A stretch of DNA of 64,000 bases from Sedimentisphaerales bacterium (GCA_963663805.2 CAXXMR010000009.1:448001-512000); one strand, 5' to 3'; shown: positions 11,231-25,280, counted from the first letter of the stretch. Numbers and translations: made by a program. The notes: generated by a model from the sequence alone, not told the origin.

Positions 11231-12195
11231 TCAGCTTTCCTCGGAGGCTCGTTTTTCCAGGACTTCCAGTTTGTCACGGACTTCCTGAGCCATTCTGCTG
11301 TTGGGGTATTCATCGATAATCTCCCGGCCAATCTTAAGGGCGCGGGACCATTTTTTTTCGGTTACAAAGAGTGAAAACTGTACGCCCATATTGTGGAGCT
11401 TGGCTTTGAATACTCCGCGAGCGGATTCTTCCAGAGCGGCCGCTTCGGTGGGGGTCAGGTGCTGGTCGAGCAGTTTGAGCAGTTCGACACCCTGTTCGAC
11501 ATCATTGTCCTGAACAGCCTTATCCCAGCGGGCCAAAAGTTCTTTTTTATGCTCCAGACGATTAAAACTCTGTTTTGCCGTCCAGTTCTCTGATGCCATC
11601 GTGTGTGGGGTATATTCTGATAAGCCGCTGGACTTCCTGTTCCGCTTCGACGTAGCCGTGAATCATCCCAGAGGCTTTCGACATGTTTGATGGCGGCTAC
11701 GATTTTTTCTTCTTCAGTGGCCTGCTGATTTTGCGCTATTTCCTCACGGAGGGCATGGGCTTCCTGCTTATTGCCGAAACAGTGTTCCATTTCGTCGATA
11801 AGAGCGGCGGCGTTTTCCCATTTTTCACTGCGGATTTCGGCTTGTATAGCCTGAGTTACCACTTCGCGGTCTTTTTCGCGAAAGGCCATTGATTTAACGT
11901 TTTCGCTGATGAGCAGGTTCTCGTTCATTTGGGTAATGAGCGCTTCGCTACGGGTTTGAGAGTTCATTATCCGTCGCAGGCAGGAAGTCATGGCTCGGCA
12001 ATCATCACGAATATTGGCCAGATAGCTCATAATCAGCAAAACCGTAATACCCGCGACAACCACAAGTACTATCGCCAAGATTTCGCCACCTGAACTTTTA
12101 GCTATCATTATCGCGATAAGCACGGTTAGCAAAAACCATATTATCGCGGCTATCCATAACCTGCCTCGACTGTTTTTTTGAGTCTCAGCCATCAA
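11231..12195 (-). CDS. Membrane-anchored helical hypothetical protein (frameshifted)
   Basis: Two N-terminal TM helices in 11455-12195; helical C-terminus continues in another frame (11231-11599). Confidence 0.65.
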
Positions 12196-12258
12196 AAAAT
12201 CTCCTGTTATGATTTATTTTAGCCGCATCCGTTTCGGCTAACTTTGTAACTATAATTA

Positions 12259-15200
12259 TCAGCGGCCCATTACGGTTCCGGAGCCGATATTTCGCAAGAG
12301 CAGGTCAATTTCATTGGTGAACCCGACTGACTGATACCAGTAATCATTGCGTTCGGTCAGAACCTGCGGTTCCAGATAATCATTGTATCCCATGAGGTTG
12401 TTGGGCTCATCGACATCAACTTCTGTGGCATGTTCCAATCCGAGAATGTGGCCGAGCTCATGGGCTCCGATGTTCGCAAGCAGTGTAGCAACCTGGTCAA
12501 AACGCACGGTGCCGTCTTCGCTGAGCGGGCCGAGGTCGCCGTAATACTCGGCGTAATATCCGTCACCCATGTAGAATGTTGCCAGTTCATCGGTCAGGAC
12601 GATAGCCTGGTCGGTGCGGTCATAATTATGCCGGTCGATATTTTCGGCTAACCCAAACAGACCTTCACTTAAAGTCCTGCCGCCGAAAAGCACTTCGCTG
12701 TAAACGGTGCCTGCCGCGGGCAGGGTTGTGGTAAACTCGATTTCCTGTTCGGTCAGGCCGGCGTCACGATAAATCTGTTCGATACGGGCGGCAATTTCCT
12801 GAATCAAACCGGAACGCATATTGGCTAAATCGAAGGCCTCGGCGTCAAATGCCGGGCGGTTGGCATAGTAGCTGGGCACACCCTGATATTCAGTGAAATA
12901 GTCCGCGGTTCCACCGTTGAAATTCAGATAAACTAGTTGCGACGGGGCTTCTTCGATGGGCTCGGGGTCTGTGGTTTCAATCCTGAGCCGGTAAGCTATG
13001 CTCTCGTCGAGGTCGGCATCAGAATTTTCCATGCTGACCACGACATAATAAGTGCCCAGGCCATCGACGTTGGGGTCAATTACGATTCCCTCATGCCCGT
13101 CAATTTCAAATGCCGCCTGAACCGCGTAGTTCGGGTCGATAGAGTCAGCGGCGGTCATTGCATCGTCACCGGTGGAATTGGAAATCGAGGCGATAGCTTC
13201 CAGGTCGGCGTTGTAAATCGCGACCATAATCTGTGATACGTCACGGCCATACAAGGTTTCAGCTTCAGCGTTGATGGAAATATACTGACCTTCAGCAAGC
13301 TGTAAAGTAAAGACATCCACGTCATCCAGACAGCCCAGTTCGGCATCATGATTACGCTGCTGGCGATACCGGGGTCGAGCAGGGCAGTACCCTGACCGTC
13401 AACGACAATACCTTCGATATAAATGGGCCAATCTTCATGGCGATAAGTGTAAGTGCCGGGGTCGTCGGGGTCTTCGCTGAGGTCGGGGCTGTTGGTGCCG
13501 AGGTCAACTGGTTCGTTATAAGGGACAACCTGGTCGTAGAGATAGCCGTTGGGGTTTCTTCGATGCCGAAATCGCTGTTGCCGTCGTCAAAGACCATGAT
13601 TTTCAGGTCATAAGTCGCCGGCAGGCCGGAGATGTTCAGAATGTAATCGCCGTCCTCAGTGACCTGATACTGCATGGTTTCGGATGTTGAGGACGCTACC
13701 TGCTGAGAAACACGGGTGTCGGAAGTTGCCACGCGGAGCATGTCAGCGGTGCTGCCGAAATATACGGCCAATGGCCGCTGCCTTGATCGGTGTCGATGAT
13801 AATGCTCATGCTGTCGGAATCCAGACTCAGCAATGACGCATGAAGATTATTGGTCAGGAAAACCGAATCGATATTGGCAGTTCCCTGAGTACCGTCGATA
13901 AGCCAGTCGATGTCGGCAATATCGAGAATAATATCTCCCTGGTCGGTCTGGTAGGTAATGTCAAAGCGGTAGAATCCGCCGGTGTTGGCAATGTCAGCCT
14001 GAGTATTTCCGGCGGCGGTGCTAATGGTCACAGTGTCGAACTGAGGATTAGAACCATTGCCAAAACTGTGATTAACGGTTTGGGTCTGGGTTGTTGTCGC
14101 GAGGGTGATAGTAACTTCATCGCCCTGTGGGGTACCCTGTACCGAACGGCTGAGGAAGCGCCGGCGGCACCGGTATTGTTAATGGTATAGTAGACGCTGT
14201 TATAGAAGTCGTAATAGTTTACGGTTTCCACCGCGAAGGTCAGGGATGTATAATCCGCCCCGGTGGGCAGGCTTTCGACATAACGCATGAGAGTAGTGTT
14301 TTCGTCGCCCAGCGTTTCGGTAGTAAACTCTACCAGGCTGTCGGAATTGTTTTCGATACCGAAGAGGCGACCGTTCACATCAAAATCCAGCCCGGTCACG
14401 TCGAAAGTCGTACTGCCATTGATACCCAGATTGTCAAAACTGCCGCCTATTGGCTCAGCTTTGCCATAATTGACATTGTTGGCGGCCTGGTCATTTTCCG
14501 TGCCGGTATGCATCGCCGCGTCAATGACCACCAGCGACTGAGTGGCAGAGTCAATGCCGAAGAGCAAGCCGCTTATGCCGGAAGCGGTAGAGGCATTGCC
14601 GTAGGCCAGACTGGTGATGTTATTGGTGACATTATCAAAAATGTCTATATCGCTCAAATCATGGACCGACAAGTGCATTCCCGCAATCGGGTCGGGGGTC
14701 GGTGATGTCGTCTATAATAAGCAGGGAGTCACGGCTGATGTTATTGGCAGTATCGGTGGACCGTGACGACGGCGTAAAGCGAATCCCCTTCGCCAAACTC
14801 CAGACCGCGGATATTACTGAAATCAAGCGACGGTGCCAGGTTGTGATAAAGCTCGGTGAGCATTTCTTCGTCCAGCACGACATATTCGTCGGTGACACTG
14901 TCCGGGTCGATAATGGTCATTGGTCGGACAGTGATTTTTTCGTCAACCGTGGTCACCACGCTGCCTACGGTCTGGTCGGTGTAGACGCGTTCTTTGCCGA
15001 GGTTGTAGTGCTGTAGAGCATGAAAGTGTCCTGGAGGGAATCGTAGGCGAGCCCGTCGTAGATAGTCCAGGTCACACTTGAAATAAGGTCAGCGTAAAGC
15101 TCCGGCTCTGCTACCAGAATAGTCTCAACATCATTCAGGAATTCGCTGGTCAGGTCGGTTTCGAGGGTGTTCATTTGCTGGGGGGTAAGTTCCAGAGCCA

Positions 15201-18200
15201 ACCTCTGCCGTAAATTTTCGGAAATGTCGGCTTTAATATCAACCGCCAGAGGTGAGGACGCGAAAGTGAGCGAACTCATATCAGTCAGAATTGTGTCCCT
15301 GGTGGGTATCAGGTCGTCATTGGTGGCTTCGCCGATGATGGGGCCGGTAACCTGAACCTGCTGGGCCGCGAGAGATTCTATCATGCTGCTGCCGGCGAAG
15401 TAGACTTTTACATCACCATCACCGCTTTCAGCGTCAATATCAACGCGGAAGCTGTGGGCTCCGGTGCGTACTACCTGGACAAAATCACTGTCGTCAGCGA
15501 CAGCTACAATCGTGCCGTAATCAGATTCATTCTGCCATTCAACGTCGGAAATGGTGAAACTGACCTGGTCATAGCCGGCACCATGAGCGTAATTGATATT
15601 TACGCCGTAGTAGTAACCACCGTTGATATAGCTGCCGAAGCCGGCGTTGGCGGGAATAGTTGAAGTTCTCGAATCAACCCAGTTGCTGTTGCCGAAATTG
15701 GTGACATCGGAGCCGAAAGTATGCTCGATCGGGGTCAGGGAATTCATCGAAACTCGATGGTGTCGCCTATCGGTGATTCACGCAGAGGGATAGCGATAAG
15801 AATCGCGCCGCCCGGCTCAATGGCCATGCCGTGACGCTCTAAATCGCTGTTGTCGAAGGTTTGCCATGGTTCGCTGTCTGCTGTACCGGTTGTCACGTCA
15901 ACAACAAAGAGGGCGTCTTTCTCCAAATTCGCCCGGCTGTCGGCGGGCTGATCGTGGAGCAGCAGCAGGTAGAAACCGTCATCGCTGACCTGACAGACCG
16001 GTCGGCACCAGACCTTCCAGGCCGATTCCATTACCGATGGCAGTGGCAACGCCGGAAGTTTCGTTTACCACACTGTAAGTTTTGTTGATTTCGAGCAGGG
16101 TGTTGGAATGGCCGTCAACTGCGTACAGCTGGCCGTTAAATTCCGACAGGGCGGTAATGTTGTCGTAACCGACAGGATTGTTGTATAGAGTTATCGAGGG
16201 ACGCAATGCGGTGTTTGAAGCGTCAAAGTCACCGCTGATTCGGTCGATACGCACCAGATACTGGTCCTGCTGATTATCGAATGTGCGGAAATCGGCAATC
16301 GCCCAGATGCTGTCGCTGATACGACCGGTAAGGGCTTTGAGGCCCAGAATAGTGGCCCTGTCCGGCAATCAGTGAATTGAAGTCGTCGAGGGTGTTCTCC
16401 AGAAGCGTTACAGTCATATCCGTCTGGTCTATTGTATAGAACAGTTTGGCCCTGGTCTTCATAGCCATAGAACGTTCCGCCCACGAATGCCAGTTCATCC
16501 AGGCTTGGGGCGACCATGTCCCTGACAGGACTTAGGTTCTCAAGGGCGTTTTGCGTCAATGACGGTGGCGTAAGTACTGGTGAGGCTCTGTACCCCGGCA
16601 GCGTTTTCCTCTTCGACATACAAAAGACGCAAGCTGAAACTGTCTTCGTCGAATACTATATTGTCGCTGGAGTTGAACCCGGTGTCGGCAATGATGACAT
16701 TTATAATTTGGCCGGCCTCAAGCCCCGTCAGACGAATGAGGTCTTCTTCGGTCCAGGCGTCATCGGTGGTGTTGTTCAGGTCGTCGCCGGTCTGGCTGCG
16801 ATAGTTCCACCAGCGGTTGGTTGGGAAATTGCTCTGAGCGAAAGGCTCATACGAAGTTGAGATGCCGCCGCCTACATCAGCTACCGCGAAATAATATTCA
16901 AAGTCCTCGCCGCCCGGTTCACCGTCGCCGCTGGGCCAGGAACCATCAAACTCACCATCCAGAGCCACGCCGTTACGGTTGGTAATCTGGTTGGACTTTA
17001 GCACGACCTTGAAGTAGTTGGCACCGAATTTGTTCGTGGCGAACCCTTCGGAGTTGTGATAAGAAGCCGTGTTGGTCTCGGCGTCATAAGTTACCCATAC
17101 CGTGGGGTCGGTTACGGAATCATTATCGCCAGCGATGATAACGTCATTACCGTCGAATACCAGGTCAAAGCCCGGTGACCACAGTTGGAAAGACTGCCAT
17201 TGGGCGTTATCGGAGGTGATGTCGGCTACTTCCAGAGTTGAGCCGTCGATGTCCTTGGTGGAAACTTCGCTGCGAATTAGATTGCCATCTCCGGCAAAAG
17301 CGATGCGATTTATCATGACCGACTCAATGTCACCTGCGGCAAATGATGGCGAAAGACTGACCGGTATTGCCGGAACCTTCAGCCTCACCTTTGATAATGA
17401 CCTGACCAATACTCGAAGCGTCGGTCTGGTTTACTTCGCGGAACTCTACGTTAATAGTATACAAATCCGGGAATGTTACATTGACAACCTGGGGGGCATC
17501 CTGGTCTTCGACGACTCTGCTTTCGATCAGGTCGTCGCCGGTACCGAACATGCCGTCAACACCCGCGGCGACACCGGCAACAATATTCGACTGAATGAAG
17601 TCGCCGGAAATGGTAACTTTGTCCAGGTCGCCGTGACCGCTAATGTCGTTCAGTGAAATGTGGGCATCGGTTCCCGTATCCAGACCCGAAGCGATGGTAC
17701 TGTAGGTTACATCGCCTTTGATTTTAGCCTGATGGAAGTTCCCGCCGGCGGCAATGACCGCGGTATACAATGAACCCGACTGGAAGGAGTCAATATCCTC
17801 AGCGGCCCGTATGCCGCCATAGACATCACCTTTGATTTTGATGGTATAAAGTCCGCCTTCAGAACTTATTACACCATCATAGTCCAGGTCGCCCTTGATA
17901 CTGACAGAGTCAATATAGTTGCCCTGGCCCAGAATAACTCCGGCGAGGTCGCCGTCGATTTTTACGCTGTCCAGGTCGCCGGTGCTGATAGTGGAATTAG
18001 CCATAATATCATCAGCGGTGAGCTTATCGACCGAACCAGCAATCGTGATACTGGTAGCCAGAGTTGATGTTGCCTCGACAGTCCCCAGCTCCACCCTGCC
18101 GGCGTCGCCGCCGATGAACAGTTCACTGCCTTGCCCCCACGCCCTCCAGCTCAAGAGAACCAATCGAACCATCTACATTAAGTGACGCGTCGCCGGTTAA

Positions 18201-21200
18201 CACTATAGATTCTTCCGTCGATGCATAATTGACCCAGTTCGCCATCGTCGCTGGTGAACAGGTCGGTAATATCAATGGACTCGCCGCCGCTGACACTGAT
18301 TTTAACCTTGGTTTTGGAAGTTGTGCCGTTAAGAGAGATAGCCGAAATACAATTGTTACCGGCCAATACCTCGCCGACTCCATCACCGCTAAGGGTGATT
18401 TTGACAGTCTTGCCGCTAATTTCCAAAATCGCCGCGGTGCCCGCCTCAAAAATCTGGCCATTGGGCATACTGGGCGAACTCGCCGCCACCGTCCAGACCC
18501 TAAAACCGCTAGCCTGCATAATCGGAACGGGCAGGTCGCGGTCTTCCACGGTAACCTGATTGATTTGGGTGTCGGCGAAAATACCAAAAGGTGTACCGTC
18601 GCCTTCAATCACATTGATATAAACCTTGTCGATCGTGCTGATACCCACACCGGCGGTATCACTGCCGTCCAGGTCGCCAAACACGGTATTCACACCCGGA
18701 CTAACGCCCCGCGGCGATAACCGAGCGGTTGAAAATATTGATTGTGACTTCGCCGATATTGCCAAAGGCAGCGTATTCGCTGGCATCAACAGCCGTGCCG
18801 TCAACGATAAGATTTTCGCCCGGATCAAAACCCGCCAGAATAAAACTGTTGGCCATGGTATCGGTGATTTCAATCTCATCGATATTGCGTCCCGCCGTCA
18901 CACTAACCGCCGCACCATTTTCGTCACCAACATTCGTCGCGACAATACTGCCGATACTGCCGGTAACCCGCACGGTCCCCAGAATACTGCCTTCGACGAT
19001 AAGTTCATCCAGGTCGCCTTCAATCAGCAGCACACCGTCAACAGCTATGTCACCATAAATATGTAAAGTATCGATACTGTCGGTCGAATGGTAGGTTCCT
19101 AAAATCGAACCATCAATTTCAATCCCGCCGCCGCCGTCAATGGTAACTTCACCGACAATATCAGAACTTTCACTTGCCAATGTTCCTACCGCACTCTGAA
19201 CCGTGCTGTAACTTGATTGCGTATCATTCTTCGCATCCAGCACACCAGCCTTAAAGCTGTCCGAAGTCAGAATCGCAGCCGAATTATCCTCGACCAGTGA
19301 CTCGCTGCCGTCAACCTTATGAAGATCGCCGCCAGCCGTAGCGGTGTACGAAGTTCTCATTGAAGCAAAGCTGTTAGCTGTTTCATCGCCGCCCTTGGTG
19401 ATAAGTTTACCGACCTTACCTTCGACATTCAGGTCGCCGTTGAAATTACCTTCGTTAATCTTGTAGCCGCCGAAGTCGCCGCCGACGCTGATGTCGCCCG
19501 TTGACATCGCCGCGATGCTGCGAACTGCCGTAAGTGACCAGCGACTTGAAGTCGCCAAATACATCGATGTCGTTATTGACAGCACCGTAAACCTTAAGCG
19601 TGCCCAGATCGCCGTCAACGGTAATACTGCTTTCGATGTCGCCCACATGATTTTTCGAGCCCACGGTCAGTGACTTGAAGTCGCCATGTACGCGGAAATC
19701 AGAGCCTTCACGACCAAAATCTTCGCCGCTCTGAATCTTGCCCACGTCACCGCCTATGTCGCCCAGGCCGAGTATCTCACCGCCGACCTTGAGCGATTTA
19801 AGCACATAGCCGTCAATATCATATTTAGCGTGAGGCCCCTGCGGATTAGCCTGAGAAACCGCCTGAGGATCCCAGTTAATCAGCAGACCCGCCAGGAAAT
19901 CACCCTCAGCGGTAATACTGCCCACAACACCATCGACAATAATCTCACCGCCGGTAGGCGTGCCGATGTCGCCGCCGGACTTAATCTTCTTCAGGTCGCC
20001 GTAGGGCCCGGTTACTTCGATGGTACTGATGAGGTCGCCGCCGGTCTGGATTGATTTAACCGGCCCACCGACGAAAATCGCTGAACCAAGCATGTCGCCG
20101 CCGACCTTTAGTGTTCCTAGTTCACCGGCTTCGATTTCCAGGTCAAAAACATCGCCGCTGACAGTTACCTTATTAAGTTCGTTATAGGCGGAAATATCAG
20201 AGTTGTTGATTTCGCGAACGGTTATGCTGCCCACATTGAAGCTGCTGCGAATTTCACTGTTGTCGATAGTGCCGTTGTCGGTAACCTTAATTGTGCCGAT
20301 TTCGCGACCAGCCAGAATCATGGAATCCTGAATGCCGGCCCCGCCCACAGTGATATTATCAATAAATCCAGTGTTGGAAAAATATACCGTGGCACAATCT
20401 ATACGGGAATAAAACATTCCCTCAGCACCGCCGCTGATTTTTATATTGTCGATACTGGAGGCCCTGATGAGACCACCCCAGATTTCTGACCCGTCACCGG
20501 TTATTTCGATGGAGCCAATTGGACCGCTTAAAGCATAATCGTCAAAGTCAATGAAGTCGTCAAAGCTGGTACTTACGGTAATATTCACGCCCATATACCC
20601 GACACCGCTGACCCGGTCCATGGCCAAAGCTATGCCGTTATAACCGACTATCCGGGCACCGTCGCTGACGTTAACACTATCAATAGAAACGCCCGCGAAA
20701 ATCGGACCGGCAATATCATTGCCCGGCCCTTCAATATAAATATCTCCTATTGAACCGCGGACAAACAGACCGGACAGAGCGTAATCACCCCGACCAGGAT
20801 CGAGCAAGCCGTCACCCAGGTAAATACGCCCCAGGTCGCCGGTTACCAAAACCGTGCCCACGATACCGCCAAACTGTCCCGGTTTATTGCTCTCATCACT
20901 GTTCAGCACGATACGGTTAATATTGCCGCCAATATGAGCGTTACCCAGAGAACCGGCGATTTCTATAACATTAACACCGCCGGGCATGACCAAGCCGGTA
21001 TTCATTATGCCTATCGGGTCAACATTGGGGTCATTCGGTTCTTCGCCTTCCACGATGCCCAAAAGATACCGATGGCCTGGCCGGTTGTCGCGGTGGTCAG
21101 GCCCAGATTGCCGCCCAGCTTAATGGATTCAAAAATTATAGGATCTTCGTCATCAGTTGTGCTGGTGTCTCCAGTTTCCATGGCTACGACAGTTTCAACA

Positions 21201-24200
21201 TGTACAAAAACCATATCGCCCTGAGTCTCGTTCTCAATCTCATATATCATGTTGTTGGCGATGACGTGCAGCACGGAAACGGAGTTTTTACCGCTAATAT
21301 CGATGCGATGTGCGTTTTCGCCGATAACATCGACTACGCCGATTTCCACGTCGCCGCCGATGCTTTCGATTTTAACGCCGTCGGTCGATTCTATTCTGGA
21401 AATCGCGTAACCCAGAATGGTTTCACCCGTATCAAAACTGAATTGATAGTCTTCCAACAGAACATCTCTTACCGGCAATACCGTAATGCTGAGTACGCCG
21501 CCTTCGCTGGTCGTATCTTCGTCGGTTGTGTCACTGGTGGTAGTATCCAGGAATATATCATCAACCGTACTTTCGCCGCTGTAACCGGGGCTTATTTTGA
21601 CCAGTGCGCCTGAGTCATCGATAATTGTTACCGACTGACCCGGCTCAAATGTGAACGGACCAAAGCCGCCGCCGTTATGCGACCCACCCAGCGAAGTCAT
21701 AATCGCCCCGTCTATCTGTACATAACGGACATTACCGCCCCGACCGCCCACACTGACAGGTACTTCCCACGCCTGGTAGGTATTATCGCCCACAAAGTTA
21801 CGGCCAAAATCGCCGCCAACCAAAATGCAGTCGATTACTCCCGAATCACCCTCGCCGTCAGCATTAGCGAAAATACCCGGCGGGAAGGGCAGAGAGCTGG
21901 TACTCCAGCCAGTCCAGTATGTCCCGTTTTCATCCTGGATATTAGGCCCGTAATCACCGTAAACCTCAAATACACCAATATTGCCGTCAGCAGCCACCAG
22001 GCCCGCGAAATTAGCATCCATGCGTATCAACTGAAGGTCGCCGCCCGCCTTGACATTCACACCGCTATCGACAATAGAAGTTACCGCACCGATATTACCG
22101 CCCGCTTCAATCAGGGGATGAGGAATCCAAGGGGTGCCAACGTCGTCTATTTCCCAGTTGAATCCGACAGGTACTTCACCGCCGAAGCCCGCTCGTACTG
22201 CTGCTATATCACCGGTATTAACGCGAATATCTGCACCGCGAATAATTCCATTAACGCTCAGGGCGCCCATATTGCCGTTCATTACCTGAACGCTGGAAGC
22301 CAGGTCGTCGAAATTGGCGTAGGAATAACGCATGTCGCCTTCGATATTGCCGCCACCCAGAGTTGTTTTTGAGACGCCCTCGATTTCCAGACGATAACCG
22401 TAAATACCAATATCAAACTCTTCGATACTTATAGTATAGATACCCGCTTCCTCAGCCGTGAAGGTCAGCTTCATATCTGAGAGATTGTCGATTTCCGCCT
22501 CACCGCCTCGACCGACTATCCGCAAATTCGGGTCATAAAGAAGCATATCATCCGTATTGATCGTAGTTAGCGAGTCCGGGTTATCAGGATGACCCGTTAC
22601 CCAGCTTGAGGTCGAGTTACTGCCCAGCAGGCCGGTGTAATACATGGTTATTTCGATAGTCTGGCCCGCCATTACGCCGAAACTATAGCAGTCAGCTATA
22701 TCTTCGTAGCCTTCCCATTCGATATTGCCGAACAGAACTATTTTATCATCGACCGTCCCCAGATATTCAGCCTGCTGGGGTGTATCGTTGACCATGATAT
22801 AACCACCATCGGTATCCAGCGAGCCCCAGGGGAAATACGAAAAATCATTGATGGTCATATCCGTTTTGCGTTCAATTTCACGCTGGCCGGGCACGTACAG
22901 ACCGGAGTAAACATCCAGAACGCCGGGCCAGCTCGGAGCGTCCGAACGACCCTGCACCCGAATGGGCAGGCCCCAGTCGCCCAGGCAATGGAAGTTACTC
23001 AGCTCGCCGCCGATATTCATTATCGCGTTATCTGCTGGCCGCCACGAATTATCACTTTCAGCGATACCGCCGGCCTGAGTGCCGACGATGATAGTACCTA
23101 CATCGCCGTCAACATCAATGCGATTCGTACCCAGATAGCCCGCGTACAGCTTGCCGATGCTGCCGTGAATTATAATATCACCAAAAATCCCGCCCCCGAC
23201 CTGAATCAAACCAATATCCTGCGGATTACGCGCATCATCGGTAGCTACGACAATACCCGGCCGGAAATCACCACCCGGATAAACACCCATTACACCCGGA
23301 TCATCGGCGATAGAGTCTGAATCGAAAAACGTCTCAGGCCACCAGATTATGTCATCTTCGCCCGGTTTGGTATATGGCACAGTGCCAATCATTACCCCGC
23401 CGGCCTCGTCAGGTGTGGTAACATCCGAGTCGTCGTCATCGACATACAGAAATGCCGCTTCGCCACCTTGGGGCTGATAAGTAATGCCGCTATCATCAAC
23501 AGTATAAGATGTCATCGTAATGTAAATATCAGCGTAACTCGATGATATATACATCAAATAAACATCGCTCACCCCGCCCTCAAAAACAATATCGCCGTCA
23601 TCGCTGGTCAAACTCAGATTGTTGACAACCACATTCCAAAAATCGTTATCATCATTCCACCAACCGTAATCATCATCGCTGGCATAGCCCTGACTAAGAA
23701 CGCGGTCAAAAGACAAAGCCTCCATCGCATTGTTTTCGATCGTGGTAATTTCTGTAAGTTCACCCGTCCCCAGATTTACCACCACCAGAGTTGTGCTGTC
23801 ATCCACATCACTTCTACCGACCGGGTCATCGCCGACATATTGCGTAGCAAACAGATGTATGTCACCGTTTACATCCGGGGCAAACATCGCACCGGTAATA
23901 ACCACATCCTCGTCAACCTCAGTCACCGTACGCATCACAACATTGACTTCCGCCGAGGTCGTACTGGGCTCTACCGAAATGCTCGTAAAGCGATGCTGGT
24001 CGCTGGCGTCATAACCAATGAACACCGGACGTGTGCCGTTGTTACCGGCATTGTCCTCTGCCCCAACGCCGTTGTCGTACTGACTGTAAACGATAGTCAG
24101 CGTGTCTGTATTCAGATCGAGATCGTCTTCGGTCAGGGCAAGTCCACTTACTCCGACCTGACTATACGAATAATCCGGGATTCCAAAAGCGTTACGACCT

Positions 24201-24977
24201 ACCGCGGTAACCTCAGCTACCCCATCGCCATCGTCGGTGGTATCGATGGTAATCAGTACTTCACCATAAGTGATAGGCTCGCCGTCCGCCCCAAAATCAG
24301 TAGCACCGGTAACCACCGCGTAAAGCAAGCCGCTCACCGGGTCAAAATCCGCCGCCTCAAAACTTGTGAAAGTAACTTCACCCGACTCTGCCAGGCTGCC
24401 CCGATAGGCATCGGTGTCAATCACATCGCCAATACGCACCACGCTGTTGCTCAATCCCTGATTGAGACGGCCTGGATAAATCCGATATAGCACCCCCGTG
24501 GTGCTGATACCATAGGTCTCACTGCTTGCATTTGTCGCCAGGGCATGGAAATCACGATTAGTGTCGCCTACTTCCGTAAATACAGAAGCACCGCTCGGAC
24601 CGCCATATAGCGACTGGAAAGTAATATTACCATTGGCGTCTTCATAGTAGTAATTGCCGGAAATATTCCCGCCCACGAAGTTCAATACCTCGACCTGCAC
24701 ATCCTGACTGGCCGGCATGCCCGAAAGCGTGCCAACCCGTATCTCATTGTAGGTGCTGGTGTCACTGCCCGGCTCATTCTCTTCGGCGTCGGCATATTCA
24801 AGCCACGCCTCCACACTGCCTTCCGGCAGGGTAATCGTCGTCAGCAGAAGACGATTTTCCAGAGGCTCAATTTGTAGTTGAGACTTCTGCGGTGAGTTAG
24901 GTTGGCGTTTGCTCAACCTGTCAAAGACCTTGGCAATGCTATTAATACGACGACTTCTGCGGAAAAAAACGGTTCAA
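12259..24977 (-). CDS. Giant secreted LEPRxLL-domain protein (~4,200 aa) with beta-helix-like G-D-I repeats, PPC-like modules and a C-terminal HExxHxxGxxH metallopeptidase motif; many apparent homopolymer frameshifts
   Basis: IEPLENRLLL near the N-terminus. Consecutive same-strand ORF fragments have continuous D/G/T/S/I-rich composition and join by single-base homopolymer corrections (checked at ~24965, 21062, 19498, 18708, 18215, 18135, 17342, 16550). HELGHILGLEH in the last fragment. AAGGAGG RBS precedes TTG at 24977. Confidence 0.8.
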
Positions 24978-25172
24978 GGCAGCCTCCTTGAAAAACAGGT
25001 TGGTGTCATTAGGTCCTTATATGGCATGTAGTTACCACTAATTCTGGGCAAGTTATCCAGCGGGCCGGCCCCTTTTTTTCGAGGTCCCGCCAGTTCCGGC
25101 AACGGCCCGCCCGGTCCGCCGCCAAGCCTATGCTCTTAAAAATAAAGCACTTAGCTTGTGTTCAGGTCCCAC

Positions 25173-25201
25173 ATTCTCACCCAAGCCACCTGACCTGTCA
25201 A
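25173..25201 (-). promoter_or_regulatory. Putative sigma70 promoter of the giant gene
   Basis: TTGACA-N17-GAGAAT on the minus strand. Confidence 0.55.
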
Positions 25202-25240
25202 CAAAAAAAAGCCCCCTATCAATACTGGAAAAGGCCGTAC

Positions 25241-25280
25241 CAAAAAAAACGGACTCAGGATAAAAAATCCCAAGTCCGTC
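25241..25280 (-). terminator. Rho-independent terminator of the corrinoid protein gene
   Basis: Minus strand ACGGACTTGGGA-loop-TCCTGAGTCCGT followed by a U-run. Confidence 0.8.

Noticed and set aside
12259..21062. Programmed ribosomal frameshifting or alternative genetic code in the fragmented giant gene
   Set aside because: Breaks are heterogeneous single-base homopolymer indels without shared slippery motifs, and other genes use standard stops.
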